A stretch of 61,263 bases of DNA, the filler included, from Squatina squatina (lineage: Eukaryota): the NCBI GenBank assembly GCA_031763465.1. It is 3 parts of 3 records of this genome, joined end to end, with 100 filler letters (N's around TTAATTAATTAA, not from the genome) between each part and the next. Parts side by side here need not be neighbours in the genome. Positions count along the whole stretch, not along the records: positions 43,892 to 61,263 come from JARFOE010000194.1; 2 more parts are not named here. One strand, given 5' to 3'. Made by a program: the position numbers and the translations under genes. Each line of letters starts with the position of its first letter. Within the stretch, counting starts at the first letter, position 1. The notes under the pieces were generated by a model. That model saw only the letters and a program-made list of their open reading frames with translations, was not told the DNA's origin and did no database searches. This document shows, piece by piece, positions 48,841-61,263 of the stretch.

Positions 48841-49633
48841 NNNNNNNNNNNNNNNNNNNNNNNNNNNNNNNNNNNNNNNNNNNNNNNNNNNNNNNNNNNN
48901 NNNNNNNNNNNNNNNNNNNNNNNNNNNNNNNNNNNNNNNNNNNNNNNNNNNNNNNNNNNNNNNNNNNNNNNNNNNNNNNNNNNNNNNNNNNNNNNNNNNN
49001 NNNNNNNNNNNNNNNNNNNNNNNNNNNNNNNNNNNNNNNNNNNNNNNNNNNNNNNNNNNNNNNNNNNNNNNNNNNNNNNNNNNNNNNNNNNNNNNNNNNN
49101 NNNNNNNNNNNNNNNNNNNNNNNNNNNNNNNNNNNNNNNNNNNNNNNNNNNNNNNNNNNNNNNNNNNNNNNNNNNNNNNNNNNNNNNNNNNNNNNNNNNN
49201 NNNNNNNNNNNNNNNNNNNNNNNNNNNNNNNNNNNNNNNNNNNNNNNNNNNNNNNNNNNNNNNNNNNNNNNNNNNNNNNNNNNNNNNNNNNNNNNNNNNN
49301 NNNNNNNNNNNNNNNNNNNNNNNNNNNNNNNNNNNNNNNNNNNNNNNNNNNNNNNNNNNNNNNNNNNNNNNNNNNNNNNNNNNNNNNNNNNNNNNNNNNN
49401 NNNNNNNNNNNNNNNNNNNNNNNNNNNNNNNNNNNNNNNNNNNNNNNNNNNNNNNNNNNNNNNNNNNNNNNNNNNNNNNNNNNNNNNNNNNNNNNNNNNN
49501 NNNNNNNNNNNNNNNNNNNNNNNNNNNNNNNNNNNNNNNNNNNNNNNNNNNNNNNNNNNNNNNNNNNNNNNNNNNNNNNNNNNNNNNNNNNNNNNNNNNN
49601 NNNNNNNNNNNNNNNNNNNNNNNNNNNNNNNNN

Positions 49634-50990
49634 NCAACATTGGACCCTGTCTCACTCCAACCACAAACGCTCTTTCACTCCACACTCAAACTCTCCCTCA
49701 CTCCAACCTTGCTCGCTTTACCACCCCAACCTCAAATCCTCCCTCACTCCAACCTCAACCCTCTCTCAATCCAATCTCGAACCCTCTCTCACTCCAACCT
49801 CGATCCCAGCCTCACTCCAATCTAAAACTCTCCCTCACTCCAAACTCACTCCCTCTCTCAGTCCAACCTCAAACCCTCTCTCACTCCAATCTCAAAACCT
49901 CTCTCACTTCAACCTCAAACTCCTCCCTCACTCCAACCTCAAATTCTCCCTCACTTCAACCTCGACCTTCTCTTATTCCAAACTCGAAGCTTCCCTCACT
50001 CCAACCTCAAACAACTCTCTCACTCCAACCTCAAACTCTCCCTCACTCCAACCTCGCTTGCTCTCTCATTCCAACCTCAAACTCTCCCTCACCTCAACCT
50101 CGACCTTCTCTTATTCCAAACTCGAAGCCTCCCTCACTCCAACCTCAAACAACTCACTCACTCCAACCTCAAACCTTTCTCCATCCAATCTAAAACCCTC
50201 TCTCACTCCAACCTCAAACTCTCACTCACTCCAACCTCGACCCACTCTTATTCGAAACTCGAAGACTCCCTCTCTCCAACCTCAAACAAATCTCTCACTC
50301 GAACCTCAAAACCTCCCTCACTCCAACCTCAAACCTCTCTCAATCCAAATTCAAACCCTCTCTCACTCCAACCTCAAAACCTCCCTCACTCTAACCTTGA
50401 ACTCTCCGTCACTCCAAACTCAAACCCACCCTCACTCCAACATTGAACCCTCTCTCACTCCAACCTCAAACCCTCTTTCATTCCAACCGCAAACTCACCC
50501 TCACTCCAGGCTGCTCGCTCTCTCACTCCAACCTTGAACCCTCTCTCAATCCATACTCGAAGCCTCCCTCACTCCAACCTCGAAAGCTCTCGCAATCCAA
50601 CCTCGAACCCACCTTCATTCCAACCTTGATCCTCTCACACTCCAACATCGAAACCTCTCTCATTCGAACTCACTTCCACTCTCGCTCCAACCTCCAAATC
50701 ACCGACTCTCCAAAGCAAACCGTCCCTCACTCCAACCTCGACCTTCTCTCAATCCAACTTCGAACCCTGTCTCACTCCAACGTTGAAAGCACCCTCACTC
50801 CAACATTGAACCTTCCGTCACTCCAAAATCAAACCCTCCCTCTCTCAAACATCAAAACCTTCCTCACTCCAACCTCAATCCCTACCTGAATCCAACATCG
50901 AACTCTCCCGCAATCCAACCTGTAACCCTCTCACAGACCAAATTCAAACCCTTCCTCACTCCAACCTTGAAATCTCTCACATGCCAACCA
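49634..50990 (+). repeat. Minisatellite with a unit of about 22 nt (CTCTCACTCCAACCTCAAACC-like)
   Basis: Dozens of degenerate tandem copies of CTCACTCCAACCTC; the + strand is very poor in G. Confidence 0.95.
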
Positions 50991-51727
50991 TAGGTTACTT
51001 AAGAAATATTTATAGTACATGGTATTAAAAGGTACTTTATTCATGGTATGGTGTAATAAGTAAGCCTTACAAAATAGCCTGGTGACTCATTCTGAGTGGT
51101 AGTATGAAGGATAGATGGCAAATAAATGTTAAATACCACCCTCTCTTCCTATTCTATCTTGCAAACTATTGTACATAACAGGATAAAATTATTTTACTGA
51201 TGATCACCATGTAAATTAATCCTAGCATAGAGGCAGCAAATATCTAGGTTTTAGAGCTGGTTTACATGGGGATCAAATGGTTTGATTATAAATTGATAAA
51301 CTTGATCCAAAATGGACAAATAGATTATTGGAATGGGGATATTATAGGATTAAGGCAGGCAACATAGAATTCCAGTGGTTAGACTGATTTAGGGCACGAC
51401 TGGGAACAGCTATTTACATAGCAACCCCGATGGTAAATAAGAGCGACACAGGGCCTTATTCACGTAGTTCCTTGGCAAATAGTCAAGTGTTTTGTCTTTT
51501 TACAGCTGCTGGGTGAAAAAGGTCAAAGTACAGATTATTTTACCAGTTGTTGGGTGAATATCATTCATTCAGCTCATTTTTATTTTCCCAAGAAACCACC
51601 AACATGGAGATCTACATTTATTCCTCTNNNNNNNNNNNNNNNNNNNNNNNNNNNNNNNNNNNNNNNNNNNNNNNNNNNNNNNNNNNNNNNNNNNNNNNNN
51701 NNNNNNNNNNNNNNNNNNNNNNNNNNN

Positions 51728-52593
51728 AGTGAGGAGGATAGGGATAGACTTCAAGAAGACAGACAGACCGGTGAAATGGCAGATGAAGTTTAATGCAGAA
51801 AAGTGATACATTTTGGCACGAAGCACGAGGAGGGGCAATATAAACCAAAAGGTACAATCCTTAATGGGATGCATGAACAGAGAGACCTGGGGTATATGTG
51901 CACAAATCGTTGAAGGTGGCAGGGCAGTTTGAGAAAGTGGTTAAAAAAGCATATGGGATCCTTGGCTTCATAAATAGAGGTACAGAGTACAAAAGCAAGG
52001 AAGTTATGAACCTGAATAAAACACTGGTTTGGCCCCAACTGGAGTATTGTGTCCAATTCTGGTCTCCGCACTTTTGGAAGGATGTGAAGGCCTTAAAGAG
52101 GGTGTTGAAAAGATTTACAAGAATGATTCCAGGGATGAGGGACTTCAGTTATGTGGATAGACGAGAGTGCCTGGGGTTGTTGTTCTTAGAGCAGAGAAGG
52201 TTGAGAGGAGATTTGATATGATTTTGAACAACTCTGAGGAGTCTAGACAGAGTAGATAGAGAGAAACTGGTCCCATTGGCAGAAGGGTCGAGAACCAGAG
52301 GACACAGATTTAAGGTGATTGACAAACAAACCAAAGGCGACATGAGGAAAAACTTTTTTTTCCTATAAACACAGCGAGTGGTTAGGATCTGGAATGCTCT
52401 ACCTGAAAGGGTGGTGGAGGCAGACTCAATCGTGGCTTTCAAAAAGGAATTGGATAAGTACATGAAGGAATAAACATTGCAGGGCTACGGGGAAAGGGCG
52501 AGGGAGTGGGACTAACTGAAGTGCTCTTGTAGAGAGCCGGCATGAGCTCAACAGGCCAAATGACCTCCTTCTGTACTGTAACCATTCTGTGAT
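51728..52593 (+). mobile_element. CR1 LINE 3' portion
   Basis: VVKKAYGILGFINRG...QLEYCVQFWSPH...RRLRGDLI, followed by a CR1 3' UTR. Confidence 0.92.
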
Positions 52594-55120
52594 TGACATT
52601 CTCAAAAGGTATGGGAGTTGGGGACTCACCCATGGGAGTGATCAAATATACAAGAGCCAAAATAATCTAGGGTAAGAAAATTAGAGGAAAAAAGTCACAA
52701 TTAGAGATGATGAAAAAGTAGAAGAAAGCAGAGAGACAAAAGGGAGAATGGGTTAGAAAATACTCTTTCACATTCCCCCTCGACCTGGTGACGCAGGTTT
52801 GAAGCAGATAGGAAAACACTGAAAAAGATTAAAAGGTGAAATTTGCCAACGTAAAGTGCAGAACTATCAGTTTCCGTTCACATCTATCTAAATCTAAACA
52901 TTAGCTGAGACAGAAATGTCAGCTTCTATGAATTTAAAAACAGAAAGAGAATGGCAGTATGGAATGAATATGAATAAACAAGGAAAATAATCACCATTCA
53001 TAATCATATCGACTGCCTTAAAACTAAGTGTGTCGGCAGGTACAATAAAAATGTAGGGCATGTCATTCAATACTGTTAATATGAGGGGGTTTTCTCCACT
53101 GTCCGTTCACGTTAAAACACAAAAATGAGAATTAACACAACGTAAATTGAATTAACAGTCACAGCACCATACCCTTAACTCTCCCTTGGGACCAAGTTGC
53201 ACATCATATTACACAAGTGGTGAAAAAGGATTATGCCATTCCTGTGATGCACTTGTAAATAACGTCGACACACGTAGCTTTAAAATCACTGTGCGATTAA
53301 AAAACACAAAAATTCTATATTCTCTATCTACGTGCGGACTGGCACCGTGAGCAATCCTCCACGAATTGTTTCCCGTACATTTTCTGCCGAGGCAAACACA
53401 TTGATTAAAAATGTGGGAAAATTAGTAGAATTTATTATAGGTCTAGTTATCTCGCCGACCCACCCTGGTAATTATTACACATGGAAACTCATTCTGGGTT
53501 GTTTGACAGCTGAAAACATGTTTGCGTCTGTTTAGCAATAACTTCCCGTTACCAGATTAATCATACTCTGGCTTTTTGCTGCTGCGCTTCGGTTTTGATT
53601 TAAGGTGTTGGCCATGGGATACGAAACACTGAAAGATGCGGATGAATAAACATTTGAATGAAGATTTACGGTTCATTTCACTTGTTGCCTGTTTGTATTA
53701 AGCATTCTGGTAATCTCGTTGTAAAACGCTACCTGCCTCGCAGACTTCTGATTGTGTGATCAAGAGAGAAGTTCTAATGAAGCATAAAAACAAAGCGTTA
53801 AAAAGGATTAGACACATTTATTGTCTGCTTTTGATTCTGGCCACTAGTTGGTGTGAGCTGCTGTTTAGCGCCAGGACATACTGAAAAGAATAAACGCTCT
53901 CCGGCAACTTGAGGTTTAAGAAGGATTCTAAAGATCTCCCGGGCATCGTCTGCTTCCAGCCAGCGACAAAAGGACATCGGATGCTTCATTTTTAAATTTC
54001 CATNNNNNNNNNNNNNNNNNNNNNNNNNNNNNNNNNNNNNNNNNNNNNNNNNNNNNNNNNNNNNNNNNNNNNNNNNNNNNNNNNNNNNNNNNNNNNNNNN
54101 NNNNNNNNNNNNNNNNNNNNNNNNNNNNNNNNNNNNNNNNNNNNNNNNNNNNNNNNNNNNNNNNNNNNNNNNNNNNNNNNNNNNNNNNNNNNNNNNNNNN
54201 NNNNNNNNNNNNNNNNNNNNNNNNNNNNNNNNNNNNNNNNNNNNNNNNNNNNNNNNNNNNNNNNNNNNNNNNNNNNNNNNNNNNNNNNNNNNNNNNNNNN
54301 NNNNNNNNNNNNNNNNNNNNNNNNNNNNNNNNNNNNNNNNNNNNNNNNNNNNNNNNNNNNNNNNNNNNNNNNNNNNNNNNNNNNNNNNNNNNNNNNNNNN
54401 NNNNNNNNNNNNNNNNNNNNNNNNNNNNNNNNNNNNNNNNNNNNNNNNNNNNNNNNNNNNNNNNNNNNNNNNNNNNNNNNNNNNNNNNNNNNNNNNNNNN
54501 NNNNNNNNNNNNNNNNNNNNNNNNNNNNNNNNNNNNNNNNNNNNNNNNNNNNNNNNNNNNNNNNNNNNNNNNNNNNNNNNNNNNNNNNNNNNNNNNNNNN
54601 NNNNNNNNNNNNNNNNNNNNNNNNNNNNNNNNNNNNNNNNNNNNNNNNNNNNNNNNNNNNNNNNNNNNNNNNNNNNNNNNNNNNNNNNNNNNNNNNNNNN
54701 NNNNNNNNNNNNNNNNNNNNNNNNNNNNNNNNNNNNNNNNNNNNNNNNNNNNNNNNNNNNNNNNNNNNNNNNNNNNNNNNNNNNNNNNNNNNNNNNNNNN
54801 NNNNNNNNNACCTTTAGGTGGGATTTCTTAAACGTCCCCCTGCTTTCTTCTAGCTAATCGGGGAGAAAACATTAATGCAGAGTGTACAATATATCCAACA
54901 GCTTGTTAGGGGGAGAATACCAATTGGGACGTCACTCAATTAGGTTTCAGATTTTGTCTAGACGAACTTTAGTTTTAGAAAAGAGATGAACTCGCGTCGA
55001 CGGAATTATGTTACAGCGAGAGCTATAAATTTAGCTTGAATGTTATTTATCTCCCCGCCCATTAAACCTCAAAGAGACTGTTGCCAGCGCTGCGATTCCT
55101 GCGACTGCCTCCCATTAGCT

Positions 55121-55395
55121 TTAGCAGAAACGGCAGTCTGGTCAGGCTCAGCAGAATCGGTTCTCCTTTCCTTTAGGGTTAGGGGAATCGGCAGCTTTCC
55201 TGCACGAATTGGAACAAACAACAATCTTATCAGAACTAGCAGAAACTGCAGTCTGGTCAGAGTTAGAGGAATCGGCAGACTTCCGATTAAGGTTAGCAGA
55301 AATACAGTTTTATCAGGGTTACCAGCAACAGCAGTTTGGTTATGGTTAACAGAAATGGGTCGGCGGAAATGGCATCGGGGTTGAAAGAAACGTCT
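55121..55395 (+). repeat. Degenerate tandem repeat with 26-31 nt units
   Basis: About 9-10 units resembling TTAGCAGAAACGGCAGTCTGGTCAGGG. Near-identical units at 55122 and 55237. Confidence 0.8.
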
Positions 55396-58300
55396 CGTTT
55401 TAAAGTTCGGCTGGACAGAACCAGCATCCCGTCCCTTACCAAAATTCACCATACTGCTCAAAATACGGCCCTACCCGGATTCATACCCTGCCGTAAAGCG
55501 GCCAGGCATCAGCAGTCCATCCACATGTAAAGGAGAAAATCCCGACCCAAGCAGCAATATCTTGCCTAATTATAGTGCAGTACCGTTAAAAGTAATAACT
55601 CCTCGCCCACCCCCTCAAGAGTAAGTACATTGGTTTTCGACCAAAATCTGGGAAAAATTGCTGAAAGCCAAACCATTTTCTATAACATGATTACCCACAC
55701 TTCGTTTCTCGATAACTACCTCCCCTCCCCCCACTCCATATAGAAACATAGAAAAATAGGTGCAGGAGTAGGCCATTCGGCCCTTCGAGCCTGCACCGCC
55801 ATTCAACACGATCANNNNNNNNNNNNNNNNNNNNNNNNNNNNNNNNNNNNNNNNNNNNNNNNNNNNNNNNNNNNNNNNNNNNNNNNNNNNNNNNNNNNNN
55901 NNNNNNNNNNNNNNNNNNNNNNNNNNNNNNNNNNNNNNNNNNNNNNNNNNNNNNNNNNNNNNNNNNNNNNNNNNNNNNNNNNNNNNNNNNNNNNNNNNNN
56001 NNNNNNNNNNNNNNNNNNNNNNNNNNNNNNNNNNNNNNNNNNNNNNNNNNNNNNNNNNNNNNNNNNNNNNNNNNNNNNNNNNNNNNNNNNNNNNNNNNNN
56101 NNNNNNNNNNNNNNNNNNNNNNNNNNNNNNNNNNNNNNNNNNNNNNNNNNNNNNNNNNNNNNNNNNNNNNNNNNNNNNNNNNNNNNNNNNNNNNNNNNNN
56201 NNNNNNNNNNNNNNNNNNNNNNNNNNNNNNNNNNNNNNNNNNNNNNNNNNNNNNNNNNNNNNNNNNNNNNNNNNNNNNNNNNNNNNNNNNNNNNNNNNNN
56301 NNNNNNNNNNNNNNNNNNNNNNNNNNNNNNNNNNNNNNNNNNNNNNNNNNNNNNNNNNNNNNNNNNNNNNNNNNNNNNNNNNNNNNNNNNNNNNNNNNNN
56401 NNNNNNNNNNNNNNNNNNNNNNNNNNNNNNNNNNNNNNNNNNNNNNNNNNNNNNNNNNNNNNNNNNNNNNNNNNNNNNNNNNNNNNNNNNNNNNNNNNNN
56501 NNNNNNNNNNNNNNNNNNNNNNNNNNNNNNNNNNNNNNNNNNNNNNNNNNNNNNNNNNNNNNNNNNNNNNNNNNNNNNNNNNNNNNNNNNNNNNNNNNNN
56601 NNNNNNNNNNNNNNNNNNNNNNNNNNNNNNNNNNNNNNNNNNNNNNNNNNNNNNNNNNTGTAAGAATTCTGTATATTTACCAGGTCATCTCTCTGGTCTT
56701 CTCTTTTCTCGAGAAAAGAGCCCCAGTATGAATGCAGTATTATGCTTTGCTGCACTCAAACTTGCCTCACTGTAATGCAAGTTTGGACTTTCTGCACCAG
56801 GAACAGATACTGTATGTCGAAACTACACATCAAATTAATTTGGAAAGATAGGCAAGATAACTATTTAGAATGTTTACGTTCCGTGCTTAACTTTCGATAT
56901 TTCAGACCGGAACACAATAAGCGGGAAATAAAAACCCGGCCTTGCGCGCTGGTATGTAAACAGATTGCAAATCTTCATGTTCCCGAATAGAGACATTGTG
57001 GACGATAGTCCATACTTTCCCATTTTTTCTTTTTACATCATGGATTACAGAGAAGAATGTGAATATTAGGCAGCTCTTTGATCTAACCCTTCGATTGGTA
57101 GGTCCAATGAATTAGTACATGCCTGCTTTAGGCTTTCAAAGTTGTGTTGCTCATTGATCTTTTTATCTCTTGAGGACCGTACTTCCTTTTCGGCTTCCCA
57201 AAGTAACAAGNNNNNNNNNNNNNNNNNNNNNNNNNNNNNNNNNNNNNNNNNNNNNNNNNNNNNNNNNNNNNNNNNNNNNNNNNNNNNNNNNNNNNNNNNN
57301 NNNNNNNNNNNNNNNNNNNNNNNNNNNNNNNNNNNNNNNNNNNNNNNNNNNNNNNNNNNNNNNNNNNNNNNNNNNNNNNNNNNNNNNNNNNNNNNNNNNN
57401 NNNNNNNNNNNNNNNNNNNNNNNNNNNNNNNNNNNNNNNNNNNNNNNNNNNNNNNNNNNNNNNNNNNNNNNNNNNNNNNNNNNNNNNNNNNNNNNNNNNN
57501 NNNNNNNNNNNNNNNNNNNNNNNNNNNNNNNNNNNNNNNNNNNNNNNNNNNNNNNNNNNNNNNNNNNNNNNNNNNNNNNNNNNNNNNNNNNNNNNNNNNN
57601 NNNNNNNNNNNNNNNNNNNNNNNNNNNNNNNNNNNNNNNNNNNNNNNNNNNNNNNNNNNNNNNNNNNNNNNNNNNNNNNNNNNNNNNNNNNNNNNNNNNN
57701 NNNNNNNNNNNNNNNNNNNNNNNNNNNNNNNNNNNNNNNNNNNNNNNNNNNNNNNNNNNNNNNNNNNNNNNNNNNNNNNNNNNNNNNNNNNNNNNNNNNN
57801 NNNNNNNNNNNNNNNNNNNNNNNNNNNNNNNNNNNNNNNNNNNNNNNNNTAAACAGCAGCGAGCAGAACCGCACCTCGCAGCGAGACGCCTCAAAGCAAT
57901 ACTTTCATAACCCATAAAGCACAGGTTGAAACTTATTGTCAAGAGGCACTTGTTGCGATCTGACAAGCTACTTGGCTGCGATTTACCTCGACATATTCGC
58001 ATTAAAATGGTTAGGATTGGGTCTCATCCTCTTCCCCCTTAATTCATTGCATGTTAAAACATATAATGAAACTTTTGACTGTAACAGACAAACAGAAGCC
58101 TGGAACTTCTTTGCGAATGACCGACACATCTTGGACACATCTCAGAAGTGGAAAAAAAAATCCTCATTCTATTTAAGCCAGTGTGTGATATGACTGGAGA
58201 CTGGGATTCTAAAGCCTTTCTGTGACCGCAAAACACATCAACGCCATTTTTCAAATGCAGGGTGGGCATGATGATGGTAAATGCAAGAACGTGCCCGAAC

Positions 58301-59194
58301 TAGGTTCAGAAGTTCACTGCATCCANNNNNNNNNNCAAGTCGGCTTGCGGAGGACCAATAAACTGCGCGTTGGATTTTTCCTATCAGTGGTCCCGTCTCC
58401 TGGCGCCTGTACCACCTGTGTAATTAAAACTGAAAATGTTCATTCGACCTCACGTGACTCACACGTCCTCCCTTGTAAACTCAGTCTAATCTTCCACTTT
58501 TCAGAAAGCAGCTGGTTAAAATGTATCGTCAGGCAACACGAAAATGCTCAGTTGTCACAGTCGTCTGTTTTCCTTCCCTGCTATTCTTCATGAAATGCTT
58601 CCAATACGTGTTGAAAGAGTAGATAATTTATTCCACGCACGTTTTGGGGTGCGTTTTGTAAATAATTTGGTTTGCATTTTAACATAAAGGTGCCGTGCAC
58701 TAAAGCTACTTTTAATAAGATCGCCATCCTTCAGACAGTCTCTATTATGTTCTAATACTTGTTAAATTCATATAACCTACGCACGCTAGCGCTAATTTAG
58801 AAGCGGTGCAGTGAAATAGCTGCAACTTAAAAGTACATTTTACAATTTTTTTTAAGCGATTGGGAATGGAATTGTTTTCTGCAACTCAAAAGGATACCGT
58901 TAGCGAAGTTCGAAGCCTGGACTTAATGCCATCTATCCGATAAAGTTAAGTCACTACAAACACTCACACAATCATGCCCAGTTTAGAATATGCTGAGCAT
59001 CACCGCAGTAAATTTTATGAACGATAACGATATTACGTGGCTCCTGAAATGTGCTATCTCAGTCAATCACCGTTAGAATACAACTCAACATTCACAGCGG
59101 AGGCACAGGCAGCTCGTATCCTCCAAAGAGCTCAGCGATCCGTGCCTTCTCGGCCCTTTTTTCACAAAGGTTTTTTTTTAAACTGCTCGCGCTC

Positions 59195-59289
59195 TCAGGT
59201 TTCAGGGCTGGTCTCCCAGGGGAGGCAGGAGCGGAGTGCGCTTCAATCAAACCCTGACTTCTCCTCTGGGAGCTCAGCCTGAAATCTGA
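59195..59289. other. GC-rich stem-loop of about 95 nt
   Basis: tcaggtttcagggctggtctcccaggggaggcagg pairs, with bulges, with cctgacttctcctctgggagctcagcctgaaatctga. Confidence 0.6.
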
Positions 59290-61263
59290 TCTCGCCCACT
59301 TACTGCCTGCCTCATTCCACGCGTTTTCTTTGGGCGTAATAACCTTTTAGTTTATTGTAAACACAGTTGGGAGGGATGCTGGATCTTTNNNNNNNNNNNN
59401 NNNNNNNNNNNNNNNNNNNNNNNNNNNNACATTCTGGCCGGTATACATTTAAAGAAGCGCTCACAAGCGAAGGCCGTACCGAGTAAATAGGTAACCAAAC
59501 CATCTCGTAATTAAATGGTTTCGTGCTTTCAGAAGGCCCCGAAAGAGGCCACAGAGGCGAGCTGCTGCCGATTTGAAGGCAAACGCAGACGTTACATGGA
59601 AAGTGAGAACAGATTCTGGGAGGGCAGTCGCGAATATTTAGCCAACATTGCGCAAAGAACTTACTCACCTCACCCTCAATCTAGATCATTAATACAATGG
59701 ACGATTTCAACAAATTGCCATGAGGGGCGTTACGCTTATTTTTTCCCCACAACTGCTTTGTACCGTTATCTAAGGTAAAGAAAATACTGAAGAACAAAAC
59801 CAACCAGAATGTACTGAGGAATCAGGCATCCCCACAAATGCCTTTCCAAACTCTTGCATTATCATGCCTTTAGTTTTTTTTAAAAAAATAATAGCATACT
59901 ACGTTCCATGCAAGGAAAACATTACTGTGTCTTAGAAGTGTATTTGTACTACAGTGATGCATACAAACAGAAACTGTTAATATGGCAATGTGAATTGGAC
60001 AGGTTAAGACGTTAAGCAGGGTCCAAGTTAATTAAGCCACCGTCACCGATCAGAGAACAGAAATATTTAAAGAGGCAGAGTCCAAAATAAGAATAATCGG
60101 AAAATTCATGACATTTTAAAAGTGAATGACATGTTTCTTGTGAAGATCGTGATANNNNNNNNNNTGATAGCTCATGCCACATGGGGACTTATGAAACGCA
60201 CACACAAGAAATGTCAATAATTTGTCTTTTAACAGATGCTCATTGGTCGGCTGTGCAGTACCAGCATTTTTTTTTTAATTACTCAATTTACTTAGCGTCA
60301 ACAAAACATTAGATAAAACAATTCGGGACAAGGTGGGTCTAGATTCAGATTCACAAGTCCCTTTGCTGCCTTGTAGTCTCCAGTTAATCTAATCTGATTT
60401 CAAATTCAACGTGACCACAATTGAACTATTTGAGATGGTAACACGTGCCTACACATGACCCAGTACTGTTGTGCAAATACCCGCCCCCCATGGCAACATT
60501 TGATAGCAATTTGTATTTAGACTTCCTACAATTTACTGGTGTCTGGAGTGCAAGGCGAGTGCATTGTATTGAAATAATTCAACCCAAATCCATTTCAGTT
60601 TAGATATGAATGCTTCAATAAACAGGTCAATATATAATCAATTAACATTTTACATGTAGGAGCTTAAAAGTTAAGATTCTGAAGATCTGTATATATTCAA
60701 CGTATGGCTTACAATAGTCACGCTTTATACACGCATTGATGTATGTCCATGTATATCTGTTAAACGAGGCATAATGACTAAATTCGCGTTTACTTCATAT
60801 TTTCTGTTGTCAGGTTACAGCACCCTCAAAAAATTCAATGTAATTGCAGTATTAAAAGAACTATAGTTTGAGAGGATTTTAATAATTAATATGCTAATTT
60901 CTAAATATTTGATTTGCAACATCTCCGTTCTTTAATCAAAGTGGCCAAAACCCTCTAGATTTTTGAATCTTGTGTGGTTTGCTTTCTGCCGTTATAGAAG
61001 TAGTTGCCAATTCTGCGACTTGGATACCTCCAAAATCGTGCATTATGTTGCCTGTTGAGAATCAACAGCTAACTTTACAACAGGGAGCAGTTTTCAACCA
61101 CTGAATGCTCGTGGGGCAGACTTCGACGCTGTAACTTTTTTTTGCATTTCCTCTCGAAGATCCTAGAAAAGCATAAATCAGATATTGAAGTGTTCACAAA
61201 TACTGTAATTGTCTCCTGGTTTAAGGGTGATTCTGAAGCCGGACTCCTAGTTACCAGTATGTA

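Noticed and set aside
48740-50889. Long P/S/L/T-rich ORFs
   Set aside because: By-products of N runs and the G-poor minisatellite; open in several frames with no splice or domain evidence.
55121-55395. CRISPR-like array
   Set aside because: Vertebrate context, contiguous degenerate units, no spacers and no cas genes.
55691-58002. ORFs of 230-350 aa in the track
   Set aside because: They consist almost entirely of translated N gaps.
59490-59570. Possible hammerhead ribozyme on the minus strand (CTGAAAG...GAAACCAT...ATGGTT)
   Set aside because: The core does not fit CUGANGA and no stem II can form.

Overview
Eukaryotic vertebrate DNA, most likely a cartilaginous fish (shark-like), judged from the repeat families and the divergence of the genes. 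It comes from a highly fragmented draft assembly: contigs of roughly 1-3 kb joined by N gaps (mostly 100 N), plus two artificial TTAATTAATTAA spacers at 20849 and 43836. Only scattered exons of each gene survive. Block 1 (1-20.8 kb) holds ERAP2 (-), ERAP1 (+), calpastatin CAST (-) and PCSK1 exon 1 with its promoter (+), in the same order and orientation as human 5q15. Block 2 (20.9-43.8 kb) holds exons of a gene I cannot identify (-), a DNAH5-type dynein exon (-), an AUH exon (-) and the 3' half of NFIL3 (-). Block 3 (43.9-61.3 kb) has no recognisable coding exons but contains palindromic elements, a 1.35-kb minisatellite and a CpG-retaining region. CR1 and L2 LINEs, tRNA-derived SINEs, Harbinger DNA transposons and Penelope-type termini are interspersed throughout. 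The most notable observations are: a recent duplication of the calpastatin inhibitory exon; an unidentified spliced gene; a decayed large exon-like frame on the CAST strand; a DNAH5-like gene beside AUH-NFIL3; and a hammerhead-ribozyme-like core in the PCSK1 intron. I see no evidence for a wholly new biological system. All gene calls rest on my recall of vertebrate protein sequences, not on database searches.
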